From Verrucomicrobiota bacterium (GTDB lineage Bacteria > Verrucomicrobiota > Verrucomicrobiia > Limisphaerales > AAA164-E04), in NCBI GenBank assembly GCA_047947115.1, contig CP170459.1, positions 2,075,218 through 2,139,217 of the forward strand: DNA of 64,000 nt. The letters run 5' to 3'. Positions 44,301 to 49,800 of this stretch are shown in pieces. Both the position numbers and the translations under genes were made by a program. Numbering within the stretch: position 1 is the stretch's first letter; every line of letters begins with the position of its first letter. The notes beneath the pieces are model-generated. The model did not search any database and was not told the origin of the DNA. It worked only from the letters and a program-made list of their open reading frames with translations.

Positions 44301-46744
44301 TGCGTGCCACGGGTGAGATTGATGCTTTGGACGGTATTGAAGTGGCTCATCTGGAAGGTGGTCCCAATCGGTCTAATACCTTTGATCTCACGGGATGGAG
44401 CGGTTCCGGAAGCGTGCATGGTATGGATGACACCGATCCATCCAGTCTGCCACCTGCCTATCCCGACCGCTTGATCATGAGCGCCGATGCTGATTTTGTG
44501 CTGACCGATACGGACCTGACCATCACCGATGGCAGTGGATCGCGGGTGATTGAATTGACGGATATCGGAACCGTGACGCTCATTGGCGGTCCCAGCGGCA
44601 ACGTTATGGATGCTTCGGCTTTCACTGGGAATGTGACCCTCATGGGTGCCGGGGGCGATGATGTGTTGATCGGCGGTGAAGGGGCCGATGTTCTTCAGGG
44701 GGATGAAGGTAATGATACCTTGTCTGGTGGTCGTGGTTCAGATCGGCTTGATGGCGGTGAAGGTCAGGATGCCGTTGTGGAAGATCTGGGCGGTCTGCCA
44801 GGTGAATACCGGGTGTCGCTTTCGGATCAGTTGCTGGGGGTTGACGAGACAAGTTCGGTGACACTTCCTGATTTGCCCTTGAGCGAGTCAGATCTCATGA
44901 CCTCTGTTGAGAGTGTGGAAATCACCGGAAGCCCGCAATCGGATCAATTTGATATTACGGAATGGACCTTGGGTGAACTTACATTGGATGGCGCCGGTGG
45001 AAATGACACGATATTGGCTAACGGTTATGATCGAGTATTTGACGATGAGAGTGGAGAAGTAATTGAAGCTGGTGACGACATGATAGTGTTGACCGATACC
45101 GAATTGACGCGGACAGCGCGATCCGGTGTGTCGATGACCTCCATGGAATCGGCAATCCTGTTTGGCTTGGGTGGTGAAGATGTGTTTGACGCTTCGGGGT
45201 TCACCGGGCGTGTGTTGTTGGTGGGGGGATCGGAATCCGATCAGTTTATTCCCGGTCAAGGTGTTTCCATCCTCGCTGGCGATGATCCGACCGATGCCGA
45301 TGTGCGTTCGGGGGATGACCGATTTGTGTTCCTGGAGGATGGCACTGGTGATTCGGTCGTGGTTCAGGGTGGCGATGGGGAAGATACGCTGGATTTTTCC
45401 GCATTCACCAGCGGCGTCTCTGTTGACCTTTCAATGTTGGGCGTCCTTCAGGTGGTCTTGGCCGGTGAGATGAGCCTGCGGATACAGTTGGATGATTTGG
45501 AGACCGTGATCGGCGGTTCGGGAAATGATGTCCTGATCGGAAATGACAGGGTTAATCGATTCACCGGCGGGGCCGGAGATGATTTGATCAATGGTGCGGG
45601 CAATGTGGATTACATCATCGAAGAGGCCGATACGGATTTTGTGCTTACCGATGCGAGTCTGCAGATCGGTGGAGATACTGATGTTCTGCTGAATATCGAA
45701 TTTGCAGAACTGAGAGGGGGCGCAGGGGCAAATGTCATCGATGCCTCTGCCTTCACCGGTAATACGGAACTAAGTGGCGAAGGCGGTTCCGATATCCTGT
45801 TGGGCGGAAGTGGAGCGGATCTCATGGAAGGCGGGGCCGGAGATGATACCCTGATGGGCGGAAACGGTGGAGATTTCTATGTGTTCGATGTGGATGAAGT
45901 CCTTGGAAGCGATACAGTGAATGACGCTGGCGCGACCGGAACCGATTGGTTTGATTTCCGTGACACCGAGGAAGAGTCAATAAACCTGAATCTGGAGGTG
46001 GGCACACACGTGGTGCACGCTTCTCACCTCACTTTGACCCTCCAGGCTGGTACAGTGATTGAAGCTGTGTTTGACGGGAAGCAGGATGATGTGTTGATTG
46101 GTAATGGAGCGGACAATATCTTTGGCGTAGGAGAAGGTAACAATCTGATAGACGGTGCCGGAGGCACTTCCAATCAAGTGGTCGTCTTGCGTGATGTTGA
46201 CCAAACCCTGCAGGATGACAGTCTTGAGATCGGGGATGCCATAAATGTCCTGAGTGGTATCCAGACGGCATTGTTGGCGGGTGGCGCATCCGCAAATGTC
46301 TTGAATGCTTCCGGTTTTACTTTGGGGCCGGTCAGTTTGTATGGATTGGGTGGAACGGATGTGCTGTGGGGAGGTTCCGGAAACGACGAACTATATGGAG
46401 GGCCAGGGAATGACCTTTTGATGGGCGAGGCGGGGGATGATTTGTTGGTGGGTGGTCTAGGAGACGACGTGCTGGATGGCGGTGGTTATGATCCATCGGG
46501 CGTTGGGACAGACGATGACACGCTTCGCGGAGAACAGGGGAACGATACTTATTTCTTTGATGCTTCACTTCAATTGGGAACCGATACAGTTTTCGAACTG
46601 CCTGGTCAGGGATATGCCGATCTTTTATACGGAGCCGGGTTGAGTGGCGTGGACCTGGATCTCTTTGATCATACCCCTCAAACCATGAGTGATCACCTCA
46701 CGCTGATACTTGTGATTCCCGGCACGGTGGAGGATGCTTATTAA
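23363..46744 (+). CDS. giant (7,793-aa) acidic surface/secreted repeat protein: LEPR-XLL-type N-terminus, BNR/sortilin-like blades, novel repeats, RTX, SdrD-B-like and Calx-beta domains
   Basis: Single uninterrupted ORF with TGA at 23357-23359 directly upstream. LEPRVLLS at 23432-23455. BNR-type strings [50 protein letters not shown]. RTX nonapeptides ([38 protein letters not shown]...). Calx-beta strings (e.g. [46 protein letters not shown]). Confidence 0.9.
   Translation: [7793 protein letters not shown]
25307..28797 (+). repeat. protein-level repeat region inside the giant gene: six copies of a ~75-aa unit plus two copies of an ~80-aa HGL-TG unit
   Basis: Unit consensus, read by eye: (G)xP(D/N)LTFxDxxPDTITRSxGSWxxDGFxxGxxIxVxGxxxNDGxYTIxxVTxxxLTLxxxDSLxAEGP. 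Copies at about 25307-25540, 26069-26283, 26284-26512, 26831-27066, 27083-27306 and 28564-28797. The HGL units ([16 protein letters not shown]...; [16 protein letters not shown]...) lie at about 27727-28230. Confidence 0.75.
38205..39060 (+). repeat. RTX (hemolysin-type Ca-binding) nonapeptide block within the giant gene
   Basis: Continuous GGxGxDxL/I/Y-type repeats: [13 protein letters not shown]...YGGDGNDVF...[74 protein letters not shown]. Confidence 0.85.
39445..41445 (+). other. array of five Calx-beta-like domains within the giant gene (a sixth lies at about 42470-42800), flanked by SdrD-B-like domains
   Basis: Each unit has the ...V.Y.T.dgTA..g.DY....G.l.F.pGe....i.v.i.dD...E..E.F.v.L pattern, e.g. 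[13 protein letters not shown]...[32 protein letters not shown]. SdrD-B-like: [28 protein letters not shown]..., [27 protein letters not shown]..., [30 protein letters not shown]. Confidence 0.8.
42820..46600 (+). repeat. C-terminal ~1,250-aa series of RTX-type modules in the giant gene
   Basis: Recurring composite modules: (D)xDFVLTDxxLxI...IExxxLxGGxxxNxxDASxFTGxVxLxGxGGxDxLxGGxGxDxL and Y/[38 protein letters not shown], each seen five or six times. Confidence 0.8.
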
Positions 46745-46834
46745 TGAAGAGGAAAGATAACAACGATCAATCAAGGTTTGCCGTCTTTCAAACAACAGAA
46801 ACATCGGTTCTGAGGCGATATTCGCATCGAACTC

Positions 46835-46840
46835 GGAGGA
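46835..46840 (+). promoter_or_regulatory. Shine-Dalgarno sequence (GGAGGA) for the 1,603-aa gene
   Basis: GGAGGA lies 7 nt upstream of ATG 46848, and only 103 bp separate it from the giant gene stop. Confidence 0.6.
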
Positions 46841-46847
46841 TCGAATT

Positions 46848-49800
46848 ATGATGCTATTTGGAAAAAAACCGGAGTGGTTTCCTGTCTGCTCAGGGGTTGC
46901 TCGACTCATTCTTTCAACATTGTTATGCGCCTTGGTGGTGTGCGTCGCCAAGGCTCAGACCGCAGCGCCGCCAGTTTCCATCGTGGATGGTTTTGCAGCC
47001 AAAGACAACAGCACCGTTTTGGATGAAGATGGGGAACTGCCCGCCTATATTATTTTACGCAACAACCGCTCTCAAACAACAGCACCGATGGATTTGAGCG
47101 GTTATGCGTTGACCAGTGACAGCACGGGAAATGCTGTCTGGATCATTCCTCCACGCACTCTGATCGCGCCCCAGTCGGAATTGATCGTATTTGCTTCCGG
47201 CAAGAATCGTCCATCCAGCAATCCTGAATTGAGAAATCACACCGATTTCATATTCTCCTGTGAAATTCCCTACGTTGCGCTATTGGGCCCCAAGCGGGAG
47301 GTTGTTTCCACATTCCGTAAACTAGATCCCAATTGCAGCGGAAATGATGATGATTGCCGGGGGACGCCTCTGTTCCACGATAAAACCATCGGTCGCTACT
47401 TTGTGCCCAGTACCGACAAAATGACCGGTATCTGGATGGAACCTGACTTTGATGTCTCAAACTGGAAGCGTGGTCCACTTGGTCTGGGTTACGAAGTGCT
47501 GGAATCCAAGGGAGAACTGGACATGATCCTTTACGCGACCATGGATCGCACGGATCTGGATTTGGTGGCGAACATCGTCAAGGATGTCAGCGGGTCGCCC
47601 GTCGTGCATGATGGCCTGGCATCACAAAAAATCGCCATGACAACCGGGCAGATTCAACAAGGGATCAACATGGCGCAAGGTCAGGCCATTCGTTTTCGTC
47701 ACCATGACGAACTGGATCCCGTAACCAGCGATTTCACAGTGTCCATCTGGTGTCGCACTTTAGGGCAGGGAGATGAAGTGATCATTGCCAAAGGTGGATT
47801 GAACAACGAAACCACGGGTTGGGCGATTTTCAATCGTAAGGATGCCACCATCGTGCGATTGAACTATGGAAAGGCGGGCATCGTGGATTTGACGCTGCCA
47901 CGACTGGAGGTGGAGCGTTGGACACATCTTGCGTTTGTTATTGATCGGACTCAGAAAGCAGCTTTCGCGTACGTCAATGGAGTCGTGGCCGCGAATGCCG
48001 GTATACCGGCTGATGCCTTGCTCGCGCCTCGAACGGATATGTGGATTGGGGCACGTCCCGACGGGAATCCTCTTTTCACCGGCACGGTTGATGAAACCGT
48101 CATTTGGCGGCGTGCACTTTCCAAGGGAGAGATTCGCACGGTCGCCGCACTGGGAGCGAGTGGAAAACGACTGGATACGGCCGTTTCGACTGGCACGCCG
48201 ATTTATGTGGATCTCATTTCAACTGATGTGGAAACGGATATGTATGGAAAGGGTTCCAGTTTGTATGTGCGCATTCCGTTTTTGGTGAACGACCCGAACC
48301 TTGTGAGTGGATTGAACCTTTCCATGCATTACGATGATGGTTTTGTCTGCTATCTGAACGGCGTGGAAGTAGCCCGGAAAAACGCCCCGTCCACTACCTT
48401 CCCAGGGTACGATGCCACGGCTTCGAGCGATCGAGCGGATACGTTGGCTTTGACGGCGGAATCGATCAATCTGGCCAATGCCATCCGTTATCTGATTCCC
48501 GGGGAAAACCTCTTGGCGATTCATGGGTTGAATGTTTCGAAGGATGCGGGTCGTTTTGTGATCAAGCCACAACTTTGCCTGGAAGAAAGCGAACCTCAAG
48601 ATTGCGAGAAGACCACCAACGGGCGTGACTTCTGGTTGACCTTTCCCGGCAACGCTCCTGAAGACACAGGCAATCCGCTTCAGATCAGTTTGTGTGTGGC
48701 AGGCCTTGCGGGAACCACCGGACGTGTTGACGTCCCGGGTCTCGGTTTTTCGAAGAATTTTACGATACCGGCAAACGGTCCCACACCTGCCACGGGTAGC
48801 CTGATGTTGCCTTTGCCCCGGGAGGTTTCTCTGGAGGTCTCAGGAAAAATTGAATCCAAGGGAGTGAGGGTGCGTGCACAGTCGGATGTGAGTGTTTACG
48901 GCACGACACGTATCGATTATTCCACCGATTCCTTCCTTGGTTTGCCGGTCGATTGCCTTGGTAGAAATTATGTGACCATGGGCTATAAAAATGTATGGGA
49001 AGATATTCCTGTGCTGAACGGATCGCAGATTGGTCTGGTGGCGCCCTACAACGGGACCAAGGTGCTGATTGATGTCGGGACAAGCGCTTCCGGCGGCGTT
49101 CCGGTCGAGGTGACATTGAATGAAGGGGAGACGTACCTGTTGCGCGATACCGGCAACAGTCCGGCTGACTTGAGTGGTTCCCGCATTTTATCCAATTTAC
49201 CGGTCGGTGTGTTTGCTGGTCATCGTTGTGCGAATATCAATGGCAAGGATTTGTTCTTCTGCGATACGGTGCTTGAGCAACTGCTGCCCATCTCCGGTTG
49301 GGGAACACGTTACTGGAATGCCCCGCTCAGTACCCGCAACCATCTGCTTGGCGATGGCAAGGGTGACACGCTTCGAGTGACTGCTTCCGAAGATAACACG
49401 GCGGTGACCATCACCGATGATCAGGGAGCGAATGTTTTGGTCCTGAACGCCAATCAGATCCATGAACAATCGGTCATTGGACCCAGCTATGTTATCTCCG
49501 AGAAACCTGTTTTGACGGCGGTTTATGCGAATAGTTCCGATTTTGATCTCGTAACCGATTCAGATCCGTTCATGGTGATGTTGCAGCCTGAAATTCATTG
49601 GCTGGATCGCTACATTATTTGCACACCTCCCTCCAGTGATTTTGAACAGAGCTACGTCAATATCATTGCGCGGAATATCACAGAAGCATCCACCATTCGG
49701 CTTAACGGCGCCCCAATCGCGGGATTTCTGCCTCTTGGCGCCAGTGGCTATTTTTATGCGCAGGTCGATTTGGATCCGGCTTTGTTGCGGCATACGATTA

